A stretch of DNA of 64,000 nt, taken from an uncultured Mycoplasma sp. (GTDB lineage Bacteria > Bacillota_I > Bacilli_A > RF39 > UBA660). The DNA lies in the NCBI GenBank assembly GCA_902493595.1, contig CABUPU010000003.1, forward strand, positions 19,208 through 83,207, written 5' to 3'. The notes under the pieces were generated by a model. The model had not been told where the DNA came from and made no database searches. It saw only the letters and a list, made by a program, of their open reading frames with translations. The position numbers and the translations under genes were made by a program. Positions 37,171 through 47,967 of this stretch are shown here, piece after piece (positions within the stretch are counted from its first letter, which is position 1; every line of letters begins with the position of its first letter).

Positions 37171-38077
37171 TATTTACCACACTATCCTTATGTCTTTTTA
37201 CAAGTGCTGCTATTTTAATAAAATGATGATTAACACCTGATTTTCCAATATTATAACCATATTCAACATTAGCAATTTGTGCAATTTCCGCTAAAGAACT
37301 TTCTGGGTACTTTTTACGGATTTCACAAATAATTTTTGTATTATCATCAAGAAGACTTAACAAATCATTATCTATAATATAATTAATTTCATTTAACTGT
37401 TTAAGTCCCGTTTGAATAGTTTTTGTTTGATTAGAAAGTTCACAATTATTTAATCTGTTAACCATATTTTTATGATCACGATATATTCTTATATCTTCGA
37501 AGAAAAACAAACATTCTGTAGCCTTAAACATTTTAAAAATATCTGATATGTTATCACCGTTTTTTACATAAACAACAAACTTGTAACCTCTTTTTATAAT
37601 TTTTGAATTAATTTTAAAATACTTTAAAAGATTATCTATCTCTTTAGCAATTTTTTCATTTTTACATATATACTCTAAATGATATCTACTTGTCTGAGGA
37701 TTTGTAACATTTCCAATTGCTAAAAATGCTCCCTCTAAAAAAGCAATTTTTTCTTCATCACTTTCAAGAGTAATCTTTTCATTAACATTAAGTACTTTTT
37801 TAATATAATCAATATTTTCATTTATTGTAAGTATATATATTTGTTTAACTCTAAATCTATTTTGATTTCTAACTGTAATGTTCGCAGAAATATTAAATAC
37901 TGTTTTAATATCTTTGTATATCTTTCTAGCAACTGAGGCATTTTCTAAAGTAATAATAATTTGCTTCGAGGTAATTTTAGAGTTACATCTTACAAATGCT
38001 GAAAGCTCACTACAAGCATCTACACTAGAGTAAACATTTTTCGATATTTCATCTTTTAAACTTGTATTGAATGTCAT
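37148..38077 (-). CDS. whiA: DNA-binding protein WhiA
   Basis: 309 aa. Synteny yvcK-whiA. C-terminal HTH (SLAEIAQI...GKSGVNHHFIKI). Confidence 0.85.
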   Translation of the reverse strand: MTFNTSLKDEISKNVYSSVDACSELSAFVRCNSKITSKQIIITLENASVARKIYKDIKTVFNISANITVRNQNRFRVKQIYILTINENIDYIKKVLNVNEKITLESDEEKIAFLEGAFLAIGNVTNPQTSRYHLEYICKNEKIAKEIDNLLKYFKINSKIIKRGYKFVVYVKNGDNISDIFKMFKATECLFFFEDIRIYRDHKNMVNRLNNCELSNQTKTIQTGLKQLNEINYIIDNDLLSLLDDNTKIICEIRKKYPESSLAEIAQIANVEYGYNIGKSGVNHHFIKIAALVKRHKDSVVNNEKKNNI

Positions 38078-39030
38078 TATTTTCCATCCATTAAATATGA
38101 AAATATTAAGTATGCTGTTTTTAATGAATCATGACGATAATAACCATTTTCAATAACATATAAAGTATCCTTAATTATTTGAACATTCATATTTTCTAAT
38201 GTATCTACATCTAAAATAACTGGATCTTTTTGCTCACTTGTAGCATATTTTTTTGAAAGTGTACTACTCATAGGTTTATCATTAGCAAGAACTAAATTTA
38301 CACTACCATTTCCTAAATAGTTTTCTAAAACCTTTATATGATCAGATACCTTAAAACCATCAGTTTCACCAGGTTGAGTAAATAAATTACATATATACAT
38401 TTTTTTTGCTTTTGAATGATTAATAGCCCTTACTAAATCCTTGTTGATAAGATGGGGAATTATACTTGTATATAAACTTCCCGAAGAAAATATAATTAAA
38501 TCAGCTTTATTTACTGCATCATACACTTTTGGATTAACAGTAATATCTTTATCATAAGTAATCTTTATAATCCTTTCTTTTGCTTTAGTAATTTGCTCCT
38601 CACCAAAAACTTTTTTTCCAGACTCTGTAATTCCAACCAAATTAACAGAATCTTCGGTTAAAGGTAATATTTTTCCATTAGTTATATCAAGAATCTTTTC
38701 TAAAATAGGAAGACTACTTGCAAAATCGCCTTTTAAATCCAAAAGAGCAGTTAATAATAGATTTTTTATTGAATGATTACCTAGAGTTTTAGATTTAGTG
38801 AATCTATAATTAAGTAGATTTTCAACATCACTATCAATATTCGCCATTGAAAGCATCACTTTAGTAATATCTCCGACTGCTGGAATATTCATTTCTTTAC
38901 GAAGTCTTCCTGTACTTTTTCCATTATCAGATACAGAAACTACTGCAGTAATATCAAGTGGAAATAGTTTTAATCCTTTTAAAAGTTGTGAAAGTCCACT
39001 TCCTCCACCAAAAATAACTATTTTTTTCAT
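38077..39030 (-). CDS. yvcK: Gluconeogenesis factor YvcK (CofD-like)
   Basis: 317 aa: KIVIFGGGSGLSQLLKGLK. Confidence 0.85.
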   Translation of the reverse strand: MKKIVIFGGGSGLSQLLKGLKLFPLDITAVVSVSDNGKSTGRLRKEMNIPAVGDITKVMLSMANIDSDVENLLNYRFTKSKTLGNHSIKNLLLTALLDLKGDFASSLPILEKILDITNGKILPLTEDSVNLVGITESGKKVFGEEQITKAKERIIKITYDKDITVNPKVYDAVNKADLIIFSSGSLYTSIIPHLINKDLVRAINHSKAKKMYICNLFTQPGETDGFKVSDHIKVLENYLGNGSVNLVLANDKPMSSTLSKKYATSEQKDPVILDVDTLENMNVQIIKDTLYVIENGYYRHDSLKTAYLIFSYLMDGK

Positions 39031-40145
39031 TTAAACCTCCTATTTAAAATTTTATTCAAAATATTTGTTTTAACTCTCATTGCTCCTACTGGACAAAATT
39101 CCTGACAACAATAACACTTTATACATTTTTCCCTATCAATAACTGGATACCCTTTTTCCATTGTTATTGACTTTTTAGGACAAATATTTTTACATTTTTG
39201 ACATTTTATACAACTATTTTTATCACAATATGGTTTATTTTCAAATACTTTTGACATTACATTTCCAACTAAACTATGATTATAAAACTTAATATCAATA
39301 GCATTTTCAATTAATTCAAAATCTTTTGTTATAAATTTGTTGATATCTTCATTTAAAGTAATTTCATTATGATTAAATAACCCTCTTTTTTCACTTTGAA
39401 CAATTGTATTAACCAAGTTTGGATTCAAATTTATTACTTTTGCACAAATATAATCTAAAGCATATGTATTAGTGCTAGCAATAATAGAACCAATTTTTTT
39501 AGGATTACCCATCGTAGGACCATTACCTTCCATACCAATAATTGCATCAACTATATTTAAATCAAATTTAAAATATTCATTTAAATCAATTAACATATTA
39601 GCAAAATCATCATGATTTGGAAACCTATAATGATATTCAGACTTTATAAGTCCTGGAATAGTTCCATATAAGTTTTTTACTGAGGCACTCATTTTCATCA
39701 TTGCATGGGTTTTTAATTTACAAAAATTTATTTTAAAATCAAAATCATCAATATAACTTGTGTAATCAAAGTTTTTTAAAAATAAGGCTTTATTATTCGA
39801 AATGTTTTTAATATTAAAATTATAATTTAGTTCAGCACCTGTTTCATTCATTTTAGTAATTTTATAAATGTGATCTAAATGTGACTTATTAAATTGTCCT
39901 CCGGGACTATCTCCAATTACAACTTCTGCACCTCTATTTTTTAAGAAATCCACTAAAAAAGATAAAAGTAAATAATTAGTTGTAGCACCTTTTTCCGGAG
40001 GTAAAGCTGAAACTAAATTTGCTTTAATTAAAACCTTTGATTTAGAATTTATTTTTTTTAGGCACTCAAAATTACTAAGAATACTTAAAAGAACATTCTT
40101 AGAATTTTTATATTCACTACATTTTTCAATAAATACTTTATCCAT
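39027..40145 (-). CDS. DUF362 protein with C-terminal 2x[4Fe-4S] ferredoxin domain
   Basis: 372 aa: VLIKANLV...GATTN; CIKCQKCKNICP and CIKCYCCQEFCP. Confidence 0.75.
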   Translation of the reverse strand: MDKVFIEKCSEYKNSKNVLLSILSNFECLKKINSKSKVLIKANLVSALPPEKGATTNYLLLSFLVDFLKNRGAEVVIGDSPGGQFNKSHLDHIYKITKMNETGAELNYNFNIKNISNNKALFLKNFDYTSYIDDFDFKINFCKLKTHAMMKMSASVKNLYGTIPGLIKSEYHYRFPNHDDFANMLIDLNEYFKFDLNIVDAIIGMEGNGPTMGNPKKIGSIIASTNTYALDYICAKVINLNPNLVNTIVQSEKRGLFNHNEITLNEDINKFITKDFELIENAIDIKFYNHSLVGNVMSKVFENKPYCDKNSCIKCQKCKNICPKKSITMEKGYPVIDREKCIKCYCCQEFCPVGAMRVKTNILNKILNRRFK

Positions 40146-41245
40146 TATACATTAAACCTAAAGTAACAAATGTCACCATCTTGCATAACATATTCTTTTC
40201 CCTCAAGGCGAAGACGGCCTGCTTCTTTTACTTTAACTTCACTTCCAAATGTTTCAAGGTCCTCGAAACTCATAACTTCTGCTTTAATAAATCCCCTTTC
40301 AAAGTCAGAGTGAATTATACCAGCACATTTTGGAGCAAGCATTCCTTTTTTAAAAGTCCATGCTCTTACTTCATCTTTTCCACATGTGAAGAATGTTGCA
40401 AGACCTAATAAATCATATGTTGCAAATATAAGTTTATCAAGACCACTATTAGAAATACCTAATTCATTTAAATATTCATCTCTATCTTCATCTGAAAGTG
40501 ATGATAATTCTTCCTCCATTTTAGCACACATAACAATTACGCTTGAACCTTCTTTTTCAGCATACTCTTTAACTAATTTAGTATATTTATTATCACCATT
40601 TATAACATCATCCTCTAAAACATTGGCTGCATAAATAACTTTCTTTTGTGTTATTAAATTAAATCCACTTAAAAGATTAAGTTCATCTTCATTAAACTCT
40701 AAATTTTTAACTAAAATATTTTTTTGTAAAGCATCTTTAATTCTATTTAAAAGGTTAACTTCTAGAGCAAGTGCTTTATCTTTTGTAGCTTGTGCTTTCT
40801 TTTCTATCTTATCAAGTCTATTTTGAACAATCTCTAAATCAGATAAAATTAATTCTGTATTAATTATTTCAATATCTGAAATTGGATCAACCTTACCAGA
40901 AACGTGTATTATTTCTGGATTATCAAAACATCTTACAACATGAACAATTGCATCAACCTCACGAATGTGTGATAAAAACTTATTGCCAAGACCCTCACCA
41001 CTTGAGGCACCTTTTACAAGTCCTGCAATATCGATAAATTCATAACTGGTTGGTACAACACTTTTTGGTTCATACATATGAACTAGATAGTCCATTCTTT
41101 TATCTGGAACCATAACAATACCAACATTTGGTTCAATTGTAGCAAACGGATAATTTGCTGCAATAATATTTTTCTTTGTAATAGCATTAAATAAAGTTGA
41201 TTTTCCTACGTTTGGAAGGCCAACAATTCCCGCTTTTAATGACAT
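40145..41245 (-). CDS. ychF: Ribosome-binding ATPase YchF
   Basis: 366 aa: [16 protein letters not shown]; C-terminal TGS-like domain. Confidence 0.95.
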   Translation of the reverse strand: MSLKAGIVGLPNVGKSTLFNAITKKNIIAANYPFATIEPNVGIVMVPDKRMDYLVHMYEPKSVVPTSYEFIDIAGLVKGASSGEGLGNKFLSHIREVDAIVHVVRCFDNPEIIHVSGKVDPISDIEIINTELILSDLEIVQNRLDKIEKKAQATKDKALALEVNLLNRIKDALQKNILVKNLEFNEDELNLLSGFNLITQKKVIYAANVLEDDVINGDNKYTKLVKEYAEKEGSSVIVMCAKMEEELSSLSDEDRDEYLNELGISNSGLDKLIFATYDLLGLATFFTCGKDEVRAWTFKKGMLAPKCAGIIHSDFERGFIKAEVMSFEDLETFGSEVKVKEAGRLRLEGKEYVMQDGDICYFRFNV

Positions 41246-41259
41246 ATTAATCCCCCATT

Positions 41260-42798
41260 CTAAATAAATACAAATCCGTTAACACCTAAAGGTATATTAA
41301 TTAAATACCATAAAATAATTAGAGCAACGAATGTAAATGCAGTTACCGCACTATATGGTAACATAAATCTAATTGAATCAATTATACTTAATTCATTTTT
41401 ACTTTGTGAACCTCTTTCAAGGTACGCTAAATATATAATATAATAAGCAAATATAGGTGTTATTCCAATACTTACACATTCTCCAAGTCTAAATATTAGT
41501 TGGGTAAACTGAGAGGACATACCAGCATTTAGAAATGTAGGTACAACTGATGATGACATTATTGTCCATTTATTTACAGAACCAGGTACAAATATTGTAG
41601 CTATTATAGAGCATACAAATAATAAGAATACCAAAGCAAGTCCTGTAAAATTTGAACTTACAATAAGGTTAGTAAGACCTGCGACTACAACATTACCAAT
41701 ATTTGAATATTTAAAAATACTTATTAATGTTGAACCAACAAAAATATATACTAAGGTTTTTCCTATACCATTTAAACTATAGCCTAAAGCATCAACAAAA
41801 TCTCTGGAATTTTTAATCTTTTTAGCAACAATCCCATAAACTAATCCCATTATTACAAATAAAATTGTTATAATAAATACAAATCCGTTTGAAAAAAATG
41901 ATTTAGTACCAAACAATTTATCAATATATAAACTTTCACGATAATTTAGGAAGTTTCCTGATAAAGGAAGTCCAGGTATTATATTATAAATTATTATTAT
42001 TAAATAAATAATACTAGCAAAAATTGATAAAATTAAACCTTTAAGTTCAACTTTAGACGGATTAAACTCCATTTCTAAATCATCAATGTATTCATATTTA
42101 GGTAACTTTTTAGCTATAACATTTTCTGTAATATATGTTAACACTAAAGATAAAACTAAAATAGATACAGTCATAAATAATATTAAAGAAAATGTATTAA
42201 AAATAAAATTACTATCAAGCATCTTTGTACTTATTGTCGTAAGATTTGCAAGTGAGGAGTCAATACTTGTAAAAAATATTGATAATCCATAGCCACAAGT
42301 TAAAGCGGCATATGATGAAATAACACCAATATTGGGATTTCTTTTACCATATTTAAATATTAACCCAGAAAGAGGAATAATAGCTAAAAAAGGTATATCT
42401 CCCATAATACTAGAAAGTAAACAAATTAATATAATAACAAACGTTATCGTTCTTTTTTTTGCTTTTCTAGTAAGAAGTCCTAAAGCAGTTTGTAAAAAAC
42501 CACTTTTTTCCATAACTCCTATACCAATAAGCATTATAATTAAATTAGATAAAACTTTATAATTAGCAAAATTTGCAACTGTATTAGCAAAAATATATTT
42601 AAGTCCATGTAAAGAAAACATATTTATTATTGATTCAGTTGTTGTAATATATTCTCCCCTCGAAGAGTTAATTGCTGTATAAGAAAAAGAAAAATTAAAT
42701 ATAGATAAAAGCAAACTTAAAACTATTACTCCAAAAATTATTATAAGTACACTCATAACCGGATGTAATTTAACTTTATTTCTAATCTTCCTTTTCAT
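41260..42798 (-). CDS. AbgT-family (aminobenzoyl-glutamate type) transporter
   Basis: 512 aa, about 12 TM helices. Size and N-terminal pattern fit AbgT. Confidence 0.6.
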   Translation of the reverse strand: MKRKIRNKVKLHPVMSVLIIIFGVIVLSLLLSIFNFSFSYTAINSSRGEYITTTESIINMFSLHGLKYIFANTVANFANYKVLSNLIIMLIGIGVMEKSGFLQTALGLLTRKAKKRTITFVIILICLLSSIMGDIPFLAIIPLSGLIFKYGKRNPNIGVISSYAALTCGYGLSIFFTSIDSSLANLTTISTKMLDSNFIFNTFSLILFMTVSILVLSLVLTYITENVIAKKLPKYEYIDDLEMEFNPSKVELKGLILSIFASIIYLIIIIYNIIPGLPLSGNFLNYRESLYIDKLFGTKSFFSNGFVFIITILFVIMGLVYGIVAKKIKNSRDFVDALGYSLNGIGKTLVYIFVGSTLISIFKYSNIGNVVVAGLTNLIVSSNFTGLALVFLLFVCSIIATIFVPGSVNKWTIMSSSVVPTFLNAGMSSQFTQLIFRLGECVSIGITPIFAYYIIYLAYLERGSQSKNELSIIDSIRFMLPYSAVTAFTFVALIILWYLINIPLGVNGFVFI

Positions 42799-42985
42799 TT
42801 TTAATCACCTTTTTTAATTTCTTATAAAAATCAAGACGATCAAGCATTATTTCTCGTCCACAATTTTTACATTTAATTTTTACATCAGCACCAATTCTAG
42901 TTACAACCCATAAATTTGTTTTACATGCATGAGGTTTTTTCATTATAACTTCATCATTTAAACTAAATTCTTGCTTCATAAACAT
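42782..42985 (-). CDS. DUF951 (YyzM-like) small protein
   Basis: 67 aa: MKKPHACKTNLWVVTRIGADVKIKCKNCGREIML. Located downstream of spo0J, as in Bacillus. Confidence 0.75.
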   Translation of the reverse strand: MFMKQEFSLNDEVIMKKPHACKTNLWVVTRIGADVKIKCKNCGREIMLDRLDFYKKLKKVIKNEKED

Positions 42986-42990
42986 CCTTT

Positions 42991-43866
42991 CTAGTCGTTA
43001 AAGTTTATATTTAAAATCTCCATTATTCTATTTAAATCTTGCATTGAATTATATGATATTTCAATCTTTTTATTTGAAATTCTAACTTTATTACCAATTG
43101 TATCACTAAATGCATCTTCATACATTCTAAATTTTTCATTCTTTTCTTTAACGGCTTTTTTGTCATCTTTTTTTGATAACATTTTTTCAACATCACGAAC
43201 ATTTAAATTCTCTTTAATTATTTTGTTTGCTAAATTAATAACTTTTTCTTCATTATCAATTTTACTTAAACATCTTGCGTGTGACATTGAAAGTTTTCCA
43301 TTTTTAACAAGTTCTTGTACACTTTTTGGTAAATTTAAAAGTCCTAAAAGATTAGTTATATAACTTCTACTTTTACCAAATTTTTTTGAAAATTCTTCTT
43401 GAGTCATATCTTTAACTTGTAAAATATTTGAAATAGAAATTGCTGTATCTACTGGATTTAAATCCTCTCTTTGAATATTTTCAAGAAGAGCAATTTCCAT
43501 CATTTCCTCATCAGTAAAGTCTTTTATTATTGCTGGTACTGTTGTAAGACCTGCTATTTTTGAGGCTTTACATCTTCTTTCACCAGCAACAATTTCATAG
43601 CCTTTAACACTTTTCTTCAATATAACTGGTTCTACTACACCATATACTTTAATTGAATCTGCAAGTTCATTTAAAGCCTCTTCATCAAAGACTTTTCTTG
43701 GTTGATAAGGGTTTGGTCTAATTTGAGAAAGTTCAATCTCAGTGGCATTATTTCTTTCCTCTTTAACAATTGTGTCCTCCAAAGTATCAATTGTAAATGA
43801 TGAATTAGAAAATAATTCCTCTAATCCTTTACCTAAAGCTTTTTTCTTAGTTTCCATCTCTTTCAA
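42991..43866 (-). CDS. spo0J: ParB/Spo0J chromosome partitioning protein
   Basis: 291 aa: LGKGLEELF, PNPYQPRK, GERRCKASKIAGL. Confidence 0.9.
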   Translation of the reverse strand: MKEMETKKKALGKGLEELFSNSSFTIDTLEDTIVKEERNNATEIELSQIRPNPYQPRKVFDEEALNELADSIKVYGVVEPVILKKSVKGYEIVAGERRCKASKIAGLTTVPAIIKDFTDEEMMEIALLENIQREDLNPVDTAISISNILQVKDMTQEEFSKKFGKSRSYITNLLGLLNLPKSVQELVKNGKLSMSHARCLSKIDNEEKVINLANKIIKENLNVRDVEKMLSKKDDKKAVKEKNEKFRMYEDAFSDTIGNKVRISNKKIEISYNSMQDLNRIMEILNINFND

Positions 43867-44632
43867 TCACCTCTTTCGCTAAATTATGATATGCTTCAGC
43901 CCCACGACTTTCTGGATCATATTCATTTATTGGTTTTCCATGACTTGGCGCCTCAACAAGTCTTACAAGTCTAGGAATAATTGTATTAAATACTTTATCT
44001 TTAAAATATTTTCTAATTTCTTCGATTACTTCAAGTCCAATATTAGTTCTGCCATCAAGCATAGTAAGTAGTACACCTTCAATGCGAAGTTCAGGATTCA
44101 TTGAATTTTGAACCATTATTATAGAGTTTAATAACTGGGTAATACCCTCTAAAGCATAGAACTCACATTGTACTGGTATAATAACAGCATCACTTGCAAC
44201 AAGTGCATTCATTGTGGAAAGTCCTAAAGATGGTTGACAATCAATTATTATATAATCAAAATTATCTTTAATAGTTTCTAATGCATTTCTTAATTGGTTA
44301 TTTCTTTGAAATGTATTATCAGAAAACATCTTTTTAACAAATTCAACATCAATTCCCGCTAAATTTAATGTTGAGGGAATTATACTTAAATTTTTAAATT
44401 TTGTTTTATAAATAGCTTTTTTAATTTCACATAAACCAGTTATAGTTTCATAAATATCATGCTCAAAATCAGTGGTATTAAAACCAAGTCCAGTTGTAGC
44501 ATTGCTTTGTGGATCCATGTCAATAAGAAGGGTTTTTTTCCCACATTGTCCTAAAGCTGCTGCTAAATTTATACTTGTTGTAGTCTTACCGACACCACCT
44601 TTTTGATTAACTAATGATATTACTCTTGCCAT
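43847..44632 (-). CDS. soj: ParA/Soj chromosome partitioning ATPase
   Basis: 261 aa: NQKGGVGKTTTSINLA. Confidence 0.92.
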   Translation of the reverse strand: MARVISLVNQKGGVGKTTTSINLAAALGQCGKKTLLIDMDPQSNATTGLGFNTTDFEHDIYETITGLCEIKKAIYKTKFKNLSIIPSTLNLAGIDVEFVKKMFSDNTFQRNNQLRNALETIKDNFDYIIIDCQPSLGLSTMNALVASDAVIIPVQCEFYALEGITQLLNSIIMVQNSMNPELRIEGVLLTMLDGRTNIGLEVIEEIRKYFKDKVFNTIIPRLVRLVEAPSHGKPINEYDPESRGAEAYHNLAKEVIERDGN

Positions 44633-44689
44633 ATTAACACTTCCTAACTGCTACTATATATTTTAACATATAATAATAAATTATTGAAT

Positions 44690-44776
44690 AAAAAAAGATA
44701 AAGTTTTACAAAGAAAATTTTTGAAATAAAAAAAGATAAAGTTTTACAAAGAAAATTTTTGAAATAAAAAAAGTAT
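44690..44776. repeat. 38-bp tandem direct repeat, 2.3 copies
   Basis: The unit aaaaaaagataaagttttacaaagaaaatttttgaaat occurs at 44690-44727 and 44728-44765 (identical), with a partial third copy. It lies between the rplQ stop and the soj start. Confidence 0.9.
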
Positions 44777-44791
44777 AGAAAATTCTATACT
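44766..44791 (-). terminator. rplQ terminator hairpin
   Basis: Stem agtatagaa/ttctatact (44772-44780 and 44783-44791) overlaps the stop codon. It is followed by T7 on the minus strand. Confidence 0.55.
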
Positions 44792-45123
44792 AATTCTAAT
44801 TTTACCTCTAAAGCATCATCGCCACGGCGTTCATTAAGTTTAACAATTCTTGTATATCCACCAGCACGGTTTTCATATCTTTTTGCTAAATCATTAAATA
44901 CTTTTTGAACTACTTCGTTATCATTGTGTAAGAATGCTAAAGCTTTTCTTCTTGCAACTAGTGAACCATCTTTTCCATAAGTAATCATTTTATCAACAAA
45001 TTTTCTTACTTCTTTAGCACGAGATTCAGTTGTAACAATGCTTTCATGCATAATAACATCTTTAGTAAGTCCAGCTAAAATGCTTCTTCTAATTTTATTA
45101 TTTCTTCCTAATTTACGATACAT
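44785..45123 (-). CDS. rplQ: 50S ribosomal protein L17
   Basis: 112 aa, conserved sequence and position after rpoA. Confidence 0.97.
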   Translation of the reverse strand: MYRKLGRNNKIRRSILAGLTKDVIMHESIVTTESRAKEVRKFVDKMITYGKDGSLVARRKALAFLHNDNEVVQKVFNDLAKRYENRAGGYTRIVKLNERRGDDALEVKLELV

Positions 45124-45126
45124 ATT

Positions 45127-46071
45127 CTACTCCTTAAATTGTAGTCCTAAATCAGCAACTTTGTCAATTACCTCTTTTAGAGATTTCTTTCCTAAGTTTC
45201 TAATTTTAGTAACTTCTACTTCTTTCATATTTACTAAATCTTGAAGAGTATGAATTCCGTGTCTTTTTAAGCAATTAAATGCTCTAACAGAGAAGTCAAC
45301 TTCTTCAATTGGTGTTTCTAATGTTTTTGCTAAATTATCAACTTGTTTTTCTTGCATAATACCAGCAATGTTACTAATACTATTTAAATCAGCAACGATA
45401 GCAAAATGTTCTACTAATATTTTAGCAGATAAAGCCATTGCTTCTTCTGGAGTCATACTACCATTTGTAGTAATTTCCATAACAAGTTTATCATAAGTTT
45501 CATCTTGACCAACTCTTGTATCTAATACTTCGTATTTAACAAGCTCTATTGGTGAATAATTTGAGTCTACCGGAATAACACCAACTTTAATTTCTTTCAT
45601 ATTTAATTTATTTGTTTTAGCATCAACATATCCTCTACCATTTTCAATAGTAAGTTCCATATCAATTTTTCCACCTTTTACAAGATTACAAATAACTAAA
45701 TTTGGATTAATTATATCAACATCCGCATTTGGTTCAATCATTCCTGCAGTTACAGGTCCTTCAGTATCACAAGATAAATGAAGTACTTTTTGTTCCTCAG
45801 TATGATTTTTTACTACTAATTTTTTGATGTTTAATACTATTTGAGTAACATCCTCTACTATACCATCAATTTTTTGAAATTCGTGCATTACACCATCAAT
45901 TTTAATTGATGTTACACTACTTCCAGGTAAACTAGATAGTAATACTCTTCTTAGTGCATTTCCAATAGTTGTACCAAAACCTCTTTCAAGTGGTTCTAGT
46001 TCAAATTTACCATAATTACTAGTTTCATTATATTCTGAAATTTTGTATTCTGGTTTTTCAAATTTTATCAT
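45127..46071 (-). CDS. rpoA: DNA-directed RNA polymerase subunit alpha
   Basis: 314 aa: GFGTTIGNALRRVLLSSLPG. Confidence 0.97.
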   Translation of the reverse strand: MIKFEKPEYKISEYNETSNYGKFELEPLERGFGTTIGNALRRVLLSSLPGSSVTSIKIDGVMHEFQKIDGIVEDVTQIVLNIKKLVVKNHTEEQKVLHLSCDTEGPVTAGMIEPNADVDIINPNLVICNLVKGGKIDMELTIENGRGYVDAKTNKLNMKEIKVGVIPVDSNYSPIELVKYEVLDTRVGQDETYDKLVMEITTNGSMTPEEAMALSAKILVEHFAIVADLNSISNIAGIMQEKQVDNLAKTLETPIEEVDFSVRAFNCLKRHGIHTLQDLVNMKEVEVTKIRNLGKKSLKEVIDKVADLGLQFKE

Positions 46072-46088
46072 AATTACCCTCCCTTTTA

Positions 46089-46472
46089 TTAATTTCTTGG
46101 TCTTTTTGGTGGTCTACAACCATTGTGTGGAACTGGTGTTTCATCTGTTATACTAGTAATTTCAAGTCCAGCTGATTGAATACTACGAATAGCATTTTCT
46201 CTTCCTGGTCCTAAACCTTTTACATAAACATCAACTTTTACAACACCTTGATCTTTAGCAGCATTAGCAGCAGCTTCTGCAGAAAGTCCAGCAGCAAAAG
46301 GAGTTTTCTTTTTACTACCTTTATAACCAATTCTTCCAGCAGATGACCAACTAATTGCATTACCATTATGGTCACAAATTGTTACGATTGTGTTATTATA
46401 TGTTGCATGAATATGTGCTTCTGCTTCAGTAACATTAATTTTATTTTTCTTTTTTCTTCTATTATATGCCAT
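46089..46472 (-). CDS. rpsK: 30S ribosomal protein S11
   Basis: 127 aa, ...[16 protein letters not shown]. Confidence 0.97.
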   Translation of the reverse strand: MAYNRRKKKNKINVTEAEAHIHATYNNTIVTICDHNGNAISWSSAGRIGYKGSKKKTPFAAGLSAEAAANAAKDQGVVKVDVYVKGLGPGRENAIRSIQSAGLEITSITDETPVPHNGCRPPKRPRN

Positions 46473-46482
46473 ATTATCTCAC

Positions 46483-46857
46483 CTACTTTGAAACCTTTTT
46501 CTTATTCGCAACAACTTTTCCTCTACCTTTTCTAGTATGGGCGTTGCGGTTTGTTCTTTGACCTCTTACAGGAAGTCCTTTTTTATGTCTTATACCTTGA
46601 TAAGAATTTATTTCCATTTTGTTTTTAATGTTCATTTGAACTTCTCTACGAAGATCACCTTCAGTTGTATGTTTATCAACTTCTTTACGAAGTGCTGCAA
46701 TTTCTTCCTCTGTTAAATCTTTAATTTTTTTAGTTGCTTCAACATTTGCATCTTTACAAATAGTTTTTCCTAAATTTGGACCAATACCATAGATAGCAGT
46801 AAGCCCTATCCAAGTATGTTTTTCATTAGGTAATTCAATATTTTTAATTCTCGCCAT
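46483..46857 (-). CDS. rpsM: 30S ribosomal protein S13
   Basis: 124 aa, [14 protein letters not shown]... Confidence 0.97.
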   Translation of the reverse strand: MARIKNIELPNEKHTWIGLTAIYGIGPNLGKTICKDANVEATKKIKDLTEEEIAALRKEVDKHTTEGDLRREVQMNIKNKMEINSYQGIRHKKGLPVRGQRTNRNAHTRKGRGKVVANKKKVSK

Positions 46858-46865
46858 AATTTCTC

Positions 46866-46979
46866 CTATCCTTGAACTTGTTTATGTTTAGGGTTATTAC
46901 AAATAACCATAACTTTTCCTTTTCTTCTAATAACTTTACATTTTTTACATATCTTTTTTACAGATGGTCTAACTTTCAT
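46866..46979 (-). CDS. rpmJ: 50S ribosomal protein L36
   Basis: Below the ORF-track size cutoff. Minus-strand translation gives [37 protein letters not shown]. Confidence 0.95.
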   Translation of the reverse strand: MKVRPSVKKICKKCKVIRRKGKVMVICNNPKHKQVQG

Positions 46980-46988
46980 AATATCCTC

Positions 46989-47213
46989 CTATCTTTTATT
47001 CCATGTAATTATCCCACGTGTTAAATCATAAGGTGAAAGTTCTACTGTAACGGTATCACCCGGTAAGATACGAATCATATTAATACGCATTTTACCAGAA
47101 ACGTAGGCTTTTACAGTATGTCCATTAGATAGTTCAACTAAATAGTCACTACCTTTTAGGACTTCAATAACTTTCCCTTCCACTTCTATTTTATCATTTT
47201 TCTTATTAGCCAT
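46989..47213 (-). CDS. infA: Translation initiation factor IF-1
   Basis: 74 aa, S1-like fold sequence. Confidence 0.97.
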   Translation of the reverse strand: MANKKNDKIEVEGKVIEVLKGSDYLVELSNGHTVKAYVSGKMRINMIRILPGDTVTVELSPYDLTRGIITWNKR

Positions 47214-47223
47214 ATTATTTTTC

Positions 47224-47967
47224 TCACTCTCCCGTTAAAATTTCATATCCATCTTTAGTAACTACAATTGTGTGTTCAAAATGTGCACTCGGCATTCCAT
47301 CTTCAGTTTTAACTGTCCAATCATTATCATCTAAATAAACATTTCTTTTACCTAAATTAAGCATTGGCTCAATACAAATTGTCATTCCCTCTTTTAAAAT
47401 AACATTTGTTTTTGTATAAAAATTTGGTACATCTGGATCTTCATGCATTGAAGTTCCAATTCCATGACCCACTAATTCTTCAACTACTGAAAGTCCATTT
47501 TTATGGGCATAATCTTCAATAGTTTTTCCTATTAGTGATAAAGGAGTTCCTGCTTTTACAACACTTAATCCTTTATATAAAGCATTTTTAGTATTTTCAA
47601 CTAAACTTCTTACATCATCAGATACATTTCCAATAATATAAGTTCTAGCACTATCACTTTCATATCCTTTGAACCTAACAGTTAAATCAACTTTTAATAT
47701 ATCACCATTTTTAAGTTTTCGATTATCTGGAATACCATGAACTACTTCATCGTTTAAAGATAAACAAACACTTTTTGGGAAACCTTCATAATTTAGTTCC
47801 GAAGGTATTGCACCATTTTTACGAATAAATGCATCAACAATATCATTTAACTCGTTAAGTGACACACCAATTTTAAGATGTTTTTTTATTTCCTCATGAG
47901 CTAGAAAGTTGATATGACCACTTTCTTTCATAAGTTCAATTTCTCGTTTACTTTTAATATTAATCAC
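47224..47967 (-). CDS. map: Methionine aminopeptidase type I
   Basis: 247 aa: HGIP, DLTV..GY.SD, HGIG, EPM, EHT. Confidence 0.95.
   Translation of the reverse strand: MINIKSKREIELMKESGHINFLAHEEIKKHLKIGVSLNELNDIVDAFIRKNGAIPSELNYEGFPKSVCLSLNDEVVHGIPDNRKLKNGDILKVDLTVRFKGYESDSARTYIIGNVSDDVRSLVENTKNALYKGLSVVKAGTPLSLIGKTIEDYAHKNGLSVVEELVGHGIGTSMHEDPDVPNFYTKTNVILKEGMTICIEPMLNLGKRNVYLDDNDWTVKTEDGMPSAHFEHTIVVTKDGYEILTGE

Noticed and set aside
44690-44776. CRISPR array
   Set aside because: There are only 2.3 directly abutting identical units with no spacers, the units are AT-rich and non-palindromic, and no cas genes are present.
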